A stretch of DNA of 64,000 bases. It comes from Scenedesmus sp. PABB004 (taxonomy: Eukaryota). Positions within the stretch are counted from its first letter, which is position 1; each line of letters starts with the position of its first letter. Position numbers and translations under genes: made by a program. The stretch covers positions 1 through 64,000 of the forward strand of contig JABVCE010000043.1 of NCBI GenBank assembly GCA_014905635.1, written 5' to 3'. Below are positions 10,801 to 22,825 of the stretch, piece by piece. The notes below the pieces were generated by a model, which was not told the DNA's origin, ran no database searches, and worked only from the letters and a program-made list of their open reading frames with translations.

Positions 10801-12465
10801 CTGGGAGCAGCAGAAGGAGCCCGGAGAGTGAGGCGCCCCGCGCGGCACGCGCCGGCGCTGGCGCTGCGCCGCTGCTGGCCGCGCCGCCCCTGAGCCGCGG
10901 CGCGGCCCCGCCGCGCGTGGCGCCACAGGCTGAGCCCCGTGTACGCGTACGTGGAGCCTGCCGACTACTGGCCGCGCGTGCACGAGGCGCTGCGGCAGCA
11001 CCGGCAGCACCTGGCGCAGCGCAAGCGCGGCGCCGCCGGCGCACGGCGACCAACCGAGGCGGAGCTCGCGCGACAGGAGCACCAGCAGCAGCTGCAGCAG
11101 CAGCAGCAGCACCAGCACCAGCAGCAGCAGCAGCAGCAGCCACAGCAGCAGCAGCAGCCGCCCGCAGCTGCCGGCGCGGCAGGCGGCGGGGGGCAGCTGC
11201 TGGACGACGACGAGAACTGGGAGCCCGAGAGCGTGGCCGTCAAGCGGCTGTGCCCGAGCGTGCCTGAGCGGCGCAGCGACAGCGACAGTGACGACGACGC
11301 CCAGGAGCAGCCGCCCGGCAAGCGGCAGGCGCGGCACCAGCAGCCGCAGCAGCAGCCGCAGCAGCAGCAGCAGCTGCAGGAGCAGGAGCAGCAGCAGGGC
11401 CCGCCGCCCCGGTCCCGATGTGGCGTCAAGGTGCCACGGCAGCCTGCGGGGCAGGGGGCTCCGCTGAGGACCTTTGACGACACGGGCGAGTCGGCGTGCA
11501 CCAGCGACCAGGACACGTCCGCAGCCGAGGAGGGGACCCAGGGGCCAGCAGCAGCACGCCAGGGCGGTCACGCGCAGCCGGCGCGCTGCACGCACCAGGT
11601 AGGTGGCCCCCCAGCGCCGGGGGCGGGGGGGGGGGGGGTCCAGCCACGCCGCTGCTGTCTGCATCACAGTCCTGCCCGCCTGTTTGCGCCGACGCAACGC
11701 AGGCCGAGGCCATGGACGTGGACGCGCCGCCGCCACCGCCGAAGGCGCAGCAGCCACAGGCCATGGATGTGGAGCAGGGCGGGCCAGGTGCTGACACGGT
11801 CGACCTGTGCAGCGACGACGACGGCGGCCCAGGCGCGGCGACGGCCGACGATCACAGGGAGAGAGCGCTGTGGCTGCTGGCCGCGGTGGCTGGCGACGAC
11901 CCGCACGCAGTGACGGACCTGAGCAAGCGTGAGTCCCGGGGACGCTGGCGCCCCGCTCAGAGCTTGCCGCCGCAGGCGCAGCCGCCGCCGCCGCTGCGGG
12001 GGGCGCTGCGGACCCCGACGCATCCGCTGCGCCCGCCGCACGCTGCGCCGGCGCAGGCCTGGAGAGCACGTTTGCGCACCTGGGCGGCGACCTGGCCAGC
12101 AAGGTCGGCACTGCCGCGATGCCACCGCTTGAGGCGCGGCGCATGCTGTCCCTCCTCACCGCGCAGCTGCCCGCGCTGGACGAGGAGCTCGGCGAGGAGC
12201 TGCTGCGCCCACTGCTGGTGAGCGGCGCGCGCCCGCGCCGCACGCAGCTTGCTGCCCTGCGGGCCTGCGCGGGGCTGCTCCCACGCCAGCAGGGGCTGCC
12301 TGCTGCGAGCTCTGCGCTGCTGCCGGCGTCGTCTCACGCCGCCGCCGCGCGCGACTGCTGCCCCGCCCGCGGCGGGCAGGCGGCGATCAAGGACGTCGCC
12401 GAGCGGGGGCTCGAGCAGGTCCTGGGCGTGCACATGGAGCAGCGCGAGCGGGGCCAGCTGCAGCT

Positions 12466-12500
<35 letters not shown>

Positions 12501-12760
12501 GCCGCCCGGGCAGGCGGCGCGGCGGCGGCGCAGCAGCTGGGGCGCGCGGCGGCGAGGGCGGGCCGGAGCGGCCGGCGCAGGCGCGCGGCGTCGTGCTCCG
12601 GCCCGGCGAGGCGCCGCGGCCCCCCACAGAGGAGGAGCAGGCGCAGCTGGCGAGGCGCTGCTTGGAGGAGGAGGCCGCGCAGAGCGCCAGCGAGGGCGGC
12701 GGCAGCGCGGGCGAGGGCGGGTGCTCCCGGCGCCGCCAGCAGGGGCCGCCGGCCGGTTAG
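7402..12760 (+). CDS. ULP/SENP-family SUMO protease (peptidase C48), multi-exon, with long low-complexity extensions
   Basis: LDPDEFLNDTVIDY, HFFNSFFFKKL, VKSWTKGVDIF..DFLVVPIHDALHWSLAIVCHP (catalytic His), ILHLDSM (Asp), PKQDNHCDCGLFVL (Gln/Cys); SIM-like PITIGDSDDD and TVDLCSDDD. Terminal exons less certain. Confidence 0.85.
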
Positions 12761-12776
12761 CTAGGGCCCACGAGCG

Positions 12777-14266
12777 ATGTGGCCTGACGGCGCCGTGCGG
12801 TTCTGGGAGGAGGGCCTGCCAGAACCGCTGGCAGCGGCCGTGGCGGCCGACGCAGATGCGCTCGCGAACTGCCCCAATTTCTGGGTCCCCCGGGTGCGGC
12901 GGGCGCGCCTGGCTTGCTCAATCACTCACGCGGGCTGGTCTCAGCGGGCCGGGGGCCGGGCGCGGGGCCGCGGCAGCTCACGCCGGCGCGGCGCCGCCGG
13001 ACACTGCGGCCGCCGCTGCGCAGGCGCGCGTGGAGGCGGGCGCCGCCGCGGCGCACACGCCCGCCGAGGCGGCCGTGGCGCACCTGCACCGCCTCGCAGC
13101 GCCGCACCTGCCCGCTGACTGGGCGGGCGCGGAGTTCTGGGTGCAGGTGCGGGCGGGGCGGGGGCGGGGGCGGGGGCGGGGCAGCGGGCGTGCCAGCCGC
13201 GCGGCGCGGCGCGGCGCCCGCTGCACACGCAGACCGCGTGTCCCGCTCCGCCGCCGCGCCGGCGAGGTGTACTGCCCGGGGGCGGGGCTTGCGTTCCACT
13301 TTGACAAGGACGAGGCGCGCGCCGCGGCCGAGGGCGTGGTGGTGCACCCCGCCCAGTCGAGCGTGGCGAACCTCACCGGCAGCGCGGGCCCCGGCGACGG
13401 CGACGAGCGCGGCGGCGGCGACTGGGACGGCGTGCGCCAGGGTGCGCGCCGCCGCCGCCGCGGCGGGCGCGCGCCGCGGCGCGCCCCGGCCCACGCAGCC
13501 TGCGCTGCCGCGCCGCCGCCGCCGCGCGCTCGCAGCACCGACGGTGATCCTGCAGCAGCTGTTCCGTGCGGGCGCGCCCGAGCCCGCCGCGCCGGCGCGC
13601 AGCGTGCTCGTGTGGCCCCGCCGTGGCTCGTACTGCCTGTTTGACGGCGCACTCGGGCACGGCGTGCTCGACAGCGCCAGCGCCACCCGCCGCGCGACGC
13701 TGCTGGTCAACTGGTGGCGGACGCAGCCGCGCGACGTGCACGAGCTGCGGGCGTCCGACGTTGAGCGGCTCGGCCTCACGCGCCTGCCGCCGGGCGGCGC
13801 GGCGGGGCCGGCGCGCGAGCCGGCGGCGGCACGGGGCGACGCCGGCGCCCTGGCGGCGGCGACGCAGGCGAGCGGAGCGTGCTGTGAGAAGGGCGCCGGC
13901 GGCGGCAAGCGGGCGGGCGTCATCAGCCTGGCTGCCACGCCGGCGGCGGCGCCCGCCGCGGCGGCGCAAGCGCTGCTGCCGCGCTGCCACGTGAGCGGCG
14001 GGGCCGCCACGGGCGCGGGGGGCGACGCGGGGGGCGACGTGCAGCTGGTCGACGCGGTGCTGGCGGCGCACGGACTGTCCCTCACGGGCCCGCGCGCGGT
14101 CAGCGCCGTGGCATTCGAGCACCCCGGCTTTTCGCTGTACCCGGTGGAGGCGGCCGACGTGGCGGCGGCGGGCGCGGGCGCGGGCGCAGGAGCGGCGGGC
14201 GCGGTGCAGACGCTCGCGGCGTTCGTCTCGCACGCCGCGCTGGCGGGGAGCGACGACAGCGAGTGA
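12777..14266 (+). CDS. Putative 2-oxoglutarate/Fe(II)-dependent oxygenase-like protein, multi-exon
   Basis: AEFWVQ, LAFHFDKDE (HxD), HP..SSV, LFDGALGHGVL (distal His), RATLLVNWW (2OG-binding Arg) occur in the expected order. Confidence 0.65.
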
Positions 14267-14500
14267 GCGAGCGGGCGGGAGCGAGCGAGCGGCCCGGGGG
14301 ACGAGCAGCGGCGCGGGAGCTGCCGCCGCGACGGCGGCAGCGCGCGCGCCGGGACACCGCACCTGCGCTGATTGGCGCGCCGATTGCAGCAGCAGATACT
14401 GTGGCTCGACTCTCTGTCAGCGCTGCCATTGCAGGCCGGCTCGCTCACGCACTTTGGTGGCGGCGTTGCCATTCGCAACCGAGTCTCCCGGGCTGACTGC

Positions 14501-14901
14501 CTGAACCGCGCGCGGGGCTCTGCGCGCCCTGAACCGCCGCGTCGTTCGCCGCACACAGCCACCGCCCTCGTCAGCAGCGCCACAGCACCCAGCCGCCCCG
14601 CCGGATCCCGGCCGCACGCGCGCCAGCGGCGGCCGCAGCAGCGGCGCCCCGCGCCCCGCACGCCGTCGCCGTAGCCGGGCAGACGACGGCGGCTGCGGCC
14701 CTGGTGTTCTGTGCCGCTTGGCAGCACGCAGGCAGCGCGCGCGGGGCGCTCAGGCCGCGGGCGGGCGCGCCCGTCGCGGCGGCAGCAGCGGCGAAGCGCG
14801 ATGGCCGCCCTGCCCTGCCGAGGCCAGCCCCGGCCCCTGCCAGCCCCGGGTTCGAGGCGCGCGCGCCTGAGGCTGCCCTTGAGGTGCTCCGCGCAACCAG
14901 A

Positions 14902-14920
<19 letters not shown>
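14501..14920 (+). repeat. Dispersed repeat copy 1: upstream region + 5'UTR + transit-peptide-coding module
   Basis: Aligns by eye along its whole length with the reverse complement of 36682-37096 (e.g. ctgaaccgcgcgcggggctctgcgcgccctgaaccg; gcgcgcgcgcctgaggctgcccttgaggtgctccg). Confidence 0.92.
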
Positions 14921-14948
<28 letters not shown>

Positions 14949-15271
14949 CGCACGTGGCGGCGCTGGAGGCGGCGGCGGCGGCGGCCTACCAGCGCGGCTA
15001 CGAGGCCGGCCTGGCCGCCGGCTCGGACGTGCGCGTCAGCCTGGAGCTGCCGCCCGCGCCGCGCCCGCCCGACACGCTGCTGCGCAGCCTGGCGAAGGCG
15101 CTCGTATGGCGCGCGTTCTCGACGGCCGCCACGCTCTGCATCGCGCTGCTGGTGCTGCACGACCTGCTCAAGGTCGGCGACGCGCTCCGCTTCGGGGCGG
15201 CCGAGTTTGCGCTCAAAGCGGTGCTCTACGTCGCGCACGAGCGGCTCTGGGCGGGCGTGCGCGCGGTCTAA
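14801..15271 (+). CDS. DUF2061-like small membrane protein with transit peptide, intronless
   Basis: RSLAKALVWRAFST...two hydrophobic helices...KAVLYVAHERLW matches the DUF2061 pattern; TGTAA at 15278. Confidence 0.75.
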
Positions 15272-15277
15272 ACCTCC

Positions 15278-15282
15278 TGTAA
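15278..15282 (+). promoter_or_regulatory. TGTAA chlorophyte polyadenylation signal
   Basis: TGTAA a few nt after the DUF2061 stop codon. Confidence 0.6.
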
Positions 15283-15984
15283 GCCTCCTGCCCCGTCCGC
15301 CGCGGGCTGGCCAGCGGCAGGAGAGCGGCAGGACGGCCCCCTCCGGCGCTCGGCGCGGCGCGGCGCGCGCGCGGTCGGCCTTCCTCGTCGTCCCGCGCCC
15401 GTCGCGGTAAAACGTTACACCGCGCGCGTCATGCAGCAAGTTTGATGCGGCAAGTTTGATGCATCATCATCGTCATCACCAGTGGCGGCCGGCGGCGCAC
15501 GCGCGCCGCTCACGGCCCACTCGCCCACCTCCCTCCCTCTGCAAAACGGCGGCGGACACGCTGGCGGGAGGCGCCAAGCGCGGGGTGGCGCGGTGGGGTG
15601 GGCGGCCCCAGCGCCGCGCGCCGCAGGGGCGCGCGGCGCCGGGCGACAACACAAACAGGCGTGGGTGCGGGGCGCCAGCCCGTGAGCGAGAGCGGGCTTT
15701 CTTCTTCTTGCTTTCCTTGCGCCGCCGCCCCGCAGCCGGGGGCGGCGACCAGTGCAGTGCTGTGTGGCGCCGCAGCAGCGGCGCCGCGCGCGCCGCAGCG
15801 GCCGCGCGGCGCCGCCGCGTTGCGCGTGTGCTACTACAAGTGCGGCGGGGCCGCAGGCCAGGCCTATTCTGAGTCGGTCCGCGCAGCAGCAAATGCTTTG
15901 ACGCCCCCCAGGCAGGGCCGCGACAACCCCCGGGGTTCCGGCCACAGCCGCCACATCAGCTCTCGCGACGACGTTGAACGCCCG

Positions 15985-15985
<1 letters not shown>

Positions 15986-16078
<93 letters not shown>
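15986..16078. repeat. (CA)n microsatellite, ~93 bp
   Basis: Uninterrupted CA run seen directly. Confidence 0.98.
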
Positions 16079-16079
<1 letters not shown>

Positions 16080-16768
16080 GGCGACCGCATGCGCGCACAA
16101 ACGCACGGATTCAAACAGCCCTCACGCCCCCGACAGACACAAAAACACACGGCGCCAGTCGCCACCGCGTTGGCTCCCCCCCCCCTAAACCCCGCCCACG
16201 GGACGTTTGGGGGCGCGAGGGCCCCAGCTTGGTGCGTGCCGCCCCCTCGTCCGCATGCCCCGCGCGTGGGCGGCCCGCGCGCATGCGAGCGCGCGCGCCC
16301 GGTGCCCCCCGTGCACAAGCTCGGCAGCGTGCGACACGCGCAGTTCGTGGCGCCCGGTCAGCTCGCAGCCCCCGCCGCCCGCCCGCCTGCGAGCGCAGGT
16401 TCGCCCCCGCGGCGCTGGCCCAGCGGCTCGCAGCCCGCGCCGCCGCCGCCGCCGTCGCTGCCAAAAGACAGTTGTGAGCCGCCCTGTATGCAAGTGCTCG
16501 CCTCGGGAGCAGCAGTGCCTGGGTGTCTTCCGTGCCTGGCGTATGCACGGCCACGTCTGTTTGTCGCTAGGCCCCGGCACGAGCCGGGGCGTGCCGCAGC
16601 GGAGGGCCCGCGGCAACCTGAGTGTGCACACGCCCCTACCTCAGTCATTCGTTCGGCGCGGCCCGCAACCCTCGACGCTAACTGCGGCGCCCCCTGCGCC
16701 TGGCCTGTGTACCCAGAGCTCCAACACCCAGAGCTCCGGCACCCCCCCCCCCCCCGCCCCTGAGCTGC

Positions 16769-19700
16769 CTAGCAGATGATGCACCCGCACGCAGACGGCT
16801 CGCCGCGCTCGGCGCCCGGCGCCGCGGCGGCGGCGCGGGGCTTGGGACCGGCAGCGCCGCCGCTGCCGGCGAGGGAGCTCACGTCCGCCACCGCGTCCGC
16901 CGCGGCCGCGCCGGCGGCGCCGCCGTCGTCGCCGCCCGCCGTCGCGGGCGCCGAGGCGCTGCGCGGCGCCATGGGCGCGCCGCTCGCGTCGACGGCGCGC
17001 GGCGCGGAGCGCCGCCCCATCACCGCGGCGCGCAGGCCGGCGAGACCGCCGGCGGGCGGCGCCGCCGCGCCCGCGGCCTCCTCGGCGTCGAGGAGCTGCT
17101 GCAGCTGCTGCAGCACCCACGCCGCGCTCGGCCGCGCCGCGGGGTCGTGCGCCCAGCAGCGGCTGACCACGTCCCACACGCCCTGCGGCATCGACCGCGG
17201 GCGCTCGGGCCGGAACCCGCCCGCCACGCGCGCCGCGTAGGCGAGGGCGTCGTCGGGGGAGTTGGCGGGCGTGTGCGTGTAAAACAGCAGCACGCGGCCA
17301 AACAGCTCATACAGGATCACGCCTGCGCGCGGGGCAGTGCGGCGGCGGGGGCGCGGTCAGGCGCGGCGGCGAGGCGGCGCGAGCGCGAGCGCGGCGGCAG
17401 CGCGAACGTGCGCGCAGGCACGGCGGCGGCGGGTGCGTGTGGTGCGCACCGAGGCTGAAGACGTCTGCCTTTTCGTTGTAGGGCTGTGCGGCGTGCACCT
17501 CGGGCGCCATGTACATGCAGCTCCCGGTGTGGCTGGTCAGGTCGTACGCGAGCGCCGGCGCGGCAAAGCCCTCGCCGCCCAGCACGTCCTGGCAGCAGCC
17601 CTCCTGCGCGCGCGGCGCGGCGCGGCGGCGCGCGGTCTCGGCCTCCCTCGGCCCGCGGCCCGCGGCCCGCCGGCGTGCCCGCGCCGCCCGCCTCCCTCCC
17701 CCTCGGAGGCCCCGCCCCCGAGAGGCCCCCCTCCCAGCCCCCGCACCTCTTCCATGAGATCCTCCCACAGCATGCTGGCGGCAGTGGGGAAGTCGGAGGA
17801 GCGCGCGCTCGTGCTGCGCAGGTCGCTGCCGCACGCGCTGGGCGGGGCGCCGCCGCAGCGCGGCGTCCCCGCGGCGGCGGCGCCGCTCGCGCCGGCGGCC
17901 GAGTGCACGCTGCCGTCGCCGCCGGTGCTCCCCCGCGGCGCGCGCGCGCGCCGGCGAGGCCCTCGGTGCCGCCGTGCAGCGAGACCTCGGCGTCGCGCTC
18001 CGCGTTGGCGGCGGCGAGCATCTCGGCCACGCTCTCCCCCGCGACCGGCGGCGCGCCGAGGCTGCGCCACGCCGCGCCGCCCGGCCCCGGCGCGAGGCCG
18101 CGCAGCACGTCGGCGGGGACGCTCGCTTTGACATAACTGCCGGCGCTCCCCGGCCCCCGCTCGCCCGGTGGCGCGAGCAGCAGCGGGACGCCGCCGGGGT
18201 GCGCGCCGCCGTCCACGCTCAGGCGTCGGATGGCGCCGGTCGTGAGCGGCAGGCTCTCGCGCGCCGGCGCGGGCGCGTCGGCCGCCCCGGGCGCCAGCTC
18301 CGGCAGCGGCGCCGAGCAGCTGCCGGCGCCGGCGTCCGCGGCGCCGCGCTGCCACGCGTCGCAGCACGCCGCGGCGGCGCGCTCGGACGTGCTGCCCGAC
18401 CGCTGCAGCGCGAGCAGGTCCGCCGTGGTCAGGACCTCGCCCGAGGTGATGGCGGCGAGCGCGCCGGGGCCGCCCGAGCCCGCCTCCCGGAACGCGACGT
18501 GCCGCGGCGGCCGTGCGCCGCCGGCGCCCGGCAGCCCGGCGCAGGCGGCCGAGGCAAAGGGCCCCGCGTCGCCGCCGCCGTCGGCGCGGCCGGCGAGCGC
18601 CGGCGCGTGCCGCTCGCAGCCGCAGCGCCCGCCGCCGCCGTCGGCGCTGCCGCTCGAGTCGTCGCTCGCCGGCACGGGCGCGCACGCGCCGTGCCCGCTC
18701 GGCTCGGGCGTGGCGGGCTGGCGCTGCGGCTCGCCGCCGCCGCCGCCGCCGCTGCCGCCGCCGGGCTGCTGGCCGGCAAAGACCAGCATGGGGCAGCCGC
18801 CCTCGCTGGTGATGTAGAACGGGCGCGGCGAGCGGTCCAGCATCTGGCGGCGCGGCGGCGCGGCGGCGGCGCGGGCGGCGGGTCAGCAGCAGCGCGCAGC
18901 GCCAAACACCAAACCAGCGCGCGGGCCGGCTCGGGCACGGCCAGCGCACGGCCGCGCGCCGCCGCCGCACCACGTGGAGGCCAAAGTCGCTGAGCTTGGC
19001 CACGCGGCGCCCGGCGTGCGCGTCGCGCTGGAGCAGTATGTTTGCGAGCTTGAGGTCGCGGTGGATGATCATGGGGGTCAGCCCATGCAGGTGCGCGAGC
19101 CCCGCCGCGACGTCGACGCCCCACTGCAGCGCGGCGAGGGTGGAGTAGGAGGGCACGTGCGGGGCGACCATGCGCTCGTAGATGGCGCCCGCGAGCGACC
19201 CGCCCGACACGTACTCCAGCAGCAGCGCCCAGCGCGACCCGTGCCCGCCGCCGCCGCCGCCGCCCTTGCCGCCGTCGCCGCCGCTCGACGGCGGGATGCG
19301 CAGCACCGCTAGCAGCTCAACCACGTTCCTGTGCCCGGCGCGGCGCGCGCACGGGGTTGCGCGGGGTGAGCGCCTGCCGTGGGCGGTCGCAGGCAGCGGC
19401 GCGCAGCCCGGCGCGCGTGCGCGGCCGCCGCGCAGCCGCGCGCGCGTGCGCGGCGCTCACGCGTGCCGCGCGTGCTTGAGCGCGCGCGCCTCCCGGAAGA
19501 GCGCGACCTCGCTGTGCAGCCCGTGCGCGGCGGCGCCCGCGCCGGCGGCGGGCGGGCGCAGCACCTTGAGCGCGCGCTCCGCGCCCGCCTCCGCGTCGCG
19601 CACGCGCAGCACGTCCGCGAAGGAGCCGGCGCCGAGCTTGGACGCGACCTTGAACCTGCGCGGCGGCGGCAGCGTGCGGCGGCGCGCACGGGGGCGCACG

Positions 19701-20006
19701 TGAGCGCGCCGCCGCGCGGCCGCGCCGGGCCGGGGCGCGTCCAGGCGCCGGCCCCGGCATCGCGGCCGCGGGGGGTCGCAATGGGCGCGGGCGCCGCGGG
19801 GAACGGCGGGGTGCGCGCAGCGCGGAAGGTGCCGAGAGTTGCACCGTTCTCGCCCGCGGAGCCCCGCCGGCCCGCGCCGCGCCAGGAACGCGCCTGCGGG
19901 CGTAGTCCTTGGCGCTGAGCGTGACCAGGTCGGTCGCACACAGCTTGTGCGAGGGCCCGCCCGCGTCCATCGACCGCTGCTGCTCGCTCGGGGCCGCGGG
20001 GCACAT
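16769..20006 (-). CDS. TKL-like protein kinase with very long activation-segment insert and C-terminal CaaX, multi-exon
   Basis: LGAGSFADV, ALKVL, LLEYVSGGSL, IIHRDLKLANILL, AKLSDFGL, TGSCMYMAPEV, YNEKADVFSLGVILYEL, CWAHDPAARP; ends CGCIIC*. Apparent frameshift near 17940. Confidence 0.9.
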
Positions 20007-20444
20007 GGCGCCCGCGCTCGGCCGCGCGTCCACCGCCTCCCAGGCCCAGTGCCGGCCCGCGCAGGGCTCCCAAGGCGCGACGGCGGGCTAAGCTCCTACG
20101 AATCTAGCCCGTGCGCCCGCCAAAGCGTTCAGGGCGGCATGGTGGCGCTCTCGGCCGACCGCGGGCGGTGGCCCGGGCGATCCCACGTGCGGCGGCGGCG
20201 GTTCGGCACGTCACGTCACCCAGGAAAAACAATCATGTACCCCGCCGCAACGAGGCCCCTCTGGCCGGGAGCGCCACGCCACGAGGCACCTGGCCAAAGC
20301 CGCCGGCCCGGCACCGCGCGCCGCCGCGCCGCGCCGCCGCCAACCGCCGTGCACGCGCTGTTGCTGCTGCTGGAGTATCGGGGCGGGCCGCGATGCCGCG
20401 AGGCCGCACCGCCGGCGCGGCCGCCACGCCGTGAAGCAAGCCCG

Positions 20445-22758
20445 ATGGCGGCGGCGGCGGCGGCCCAGGCCGAGCTGGCGGCGCTCTACGCCGCCGTCGC
20501 TGCGGCGCGCGCTCGCCGCGCGGCGCGGTGGGAGCAGGACGAGGCGCCCGCGCTCGACGCCGTGGTCGCCAGCCTCTCGGCGTCGCGCGAGATCCTGCTT
20601 CGTGAGCGCGCGGCGCTGGCGGAGGACGTGGGCCGGCTCAACGCCTTCCTGGAGCAGCAGGCGGCGGCGGCCAAGGGCGGCGGCGGCGCCGGCGCGGCGC
20701 ACCTCGCGGACGCGGAGCTCGGCGCGCTGCGGCGCGAGGGCGACGAGCTGGCGGCGCGCCTCGCGGCGCTCGACGCGCAGCTCGCGGACGTCGCGGGCCG
20801 CCTGTCGGGGCGCGAGGGCGCGCTGCGGCCGGAGGAGGCGGAGCTGTGGCAGAGCCAGCTCGTCGTGCTGCAGGACACGCGCCGCCTGCTGCAGGCCGAG
20901 GCCGCGGCGGTCGCGGGCGAGGCGTCGCGCCGGGAGGCGTGCGCCGCGCTCGAGAGCGACCGCGCGAGCGCCGCGGCGCTCGGCCTCGGCGACCTGGGCC
21001 GCCTCGCGGAGCAGCTGGCGGCAACCGAGGCCAAGCTCGACGCCGCCAAGGCGGCGCGGTACTTTCCAGACCACGGGGGCGCGCGGTGCGCGGCCCCCGC
21101 GCAGCGCAGCGCAGCGCAGCGCAGCGCAGCGCAGCGCCGGCGCTGCGTGCGCCGGCCCAGCCCCCCTGCGTGGCGTGGCCCAGGGCCGCGCGGCGCAACC
21201 CCGCCCCCCCCCCCCCCCGCGCGCGCAGGTTTTCGGGCGGCGGCGGCGGCGTGTATTTCTCGTGCAGGGACCTGCACCTCTCGGAGGTCAGCGGCGCGTT
21301 CAGCGCCGCGCTCGAGGCGGCGCCCGGCGCCGGCGGCGGGCGCGGTCGGCAGCCGGCGGTGCGGCTGGTGGTGCAGCTGTCCGGCGTGTCGGGCGTGGCG
21401 GCCGGCCGCGAGTGAGACGCTGTGCGGGCCGCGCAGCGCGGCGCGGCGGCCAGCGTGCGCGGCGCCACGGCGCGCGCCGCGCCCGCGCCTCACCGCGCCG
21501 CCCCTGCCGCCGCGCCCCGCCGCAGCTTCAAGCAGGCGGCGGCGGCGGCGCAGCAGCAGCAAGCAGCCAAGGCGGCTGCGCGCGGGAGCTCGCTCGCGCG
21601 CGCGCAGCCGCAGGCGCAGGCGCAGCCCCTCTCGCGCAGCGCGAGCGCCAGCAGCCACGGCCTGGGGCGCAGCCTGTCGGGCGCGGGCGCGGGCGCGGGC
21701 GCGGCGCGGCGCCAGGCCGACGGCAGCGAGGGCGGGGCGGCGGCGCTGCTGGGCGCCGGCGCGGCGGGCGACGGCGGGGCCTTTGCCGCCAGCGCGGGGC
21801 CCGGCAGCGGCAAGCGGCAGGAGGCGGTCGCCCGGTTCCTCGGCAAGCTCCAGCAGCGCCAGGAGCGGCTCAAGGCGGCGCTGCGCCACGCGGAGCACCC
21901 AGAGCAGCGGTGCGGGCGGGCGGGCGGGCGGGCGGGCCGCAGCAGCAGACGAGACGAGGGCTGCGCCCACGCGCCGCCGCCGCCGCGCCCCAGCGCTGCC
22001 CGGCGCCAGCCGCGCTGTGCAGGCCGCCCGAGCTCCTGCAGCCCTTGCGCAGCGGCCTCGGCCGCTTGGGCGACGCGTTTGGGGCGAAGGCCGCCGAGTT
22101 TGGCAGCGTGCTGGCGCGCGAGCAGGACCGTGCCAGCATGGCCGGCGGCCTGGGCCGCACGGACAGCGAGGCGGGGCTGCTGCGCACGGACAGCGACGCC
22201 GCCGGAGGCGCAGCAGGCGAGGTGGCGCTGCCGCCACAGGCGCCGCCGCAGGCGCCGCAGGCGCCGCAGGCGCCGCAGGCGCCGCGCCCCGACTCGCCCG
22301 CCTTTGCCGCCGCTGGCGCCGGCGGCAGCCCCGGCCACGACGCCGACAGCCCCCTGAAAACCAAGTGCGGGCGGCGGGGGCCGCGGCCGCTGGCGGCGGG
22401 GCGAGGCCGGCTGCGCGGTGCGCGGTGCGGGTGCGCCGCGAACGCCCCGCCGCCGCCCGCACGCGCAGGCTCGCCGCACGCATGGGCGGGGTCAAGGGCA
22501 GGCTGGGGGGCCTGCTCAATGAGAGCAAGGCCAAGCTCAGTGAGAGCAAGGCCAAGCTGGCAGACGGGCGTGCAAAGTTCCAGGCCGAGTTTGCCGAGTC
22601 TGCACTCGGGCACAAGCTGGCCGACGGCAAGGCCAAGCTGGCCGAGTCTGCACTCGGCCACAAGCTCGCCGACGGGCGCAGCCGGCTGGTGGCGGAGTCT
22701 CGTGAGAAGGCGCGGCACCTGAAGGAGCACCTGGCCGGCATCGGTGGCCACTCGGGCG

Positions 22759-22825
<67 letters not shown>

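Noticed and set aside
11085..11400. Poly-Cys/poly-Leu/poly-Ser ORFs at CAG tracts (also 22780-23040, 36280-36490, 62690-62815)
   Set aside because: Alternative frames or antisense of ordinary polyQ-coding CAG repeats.
15986..16078. HTHTHT / CVCVCV 'metal-binding' peptides
   Set aside because: Translation of a CA microsatellite.
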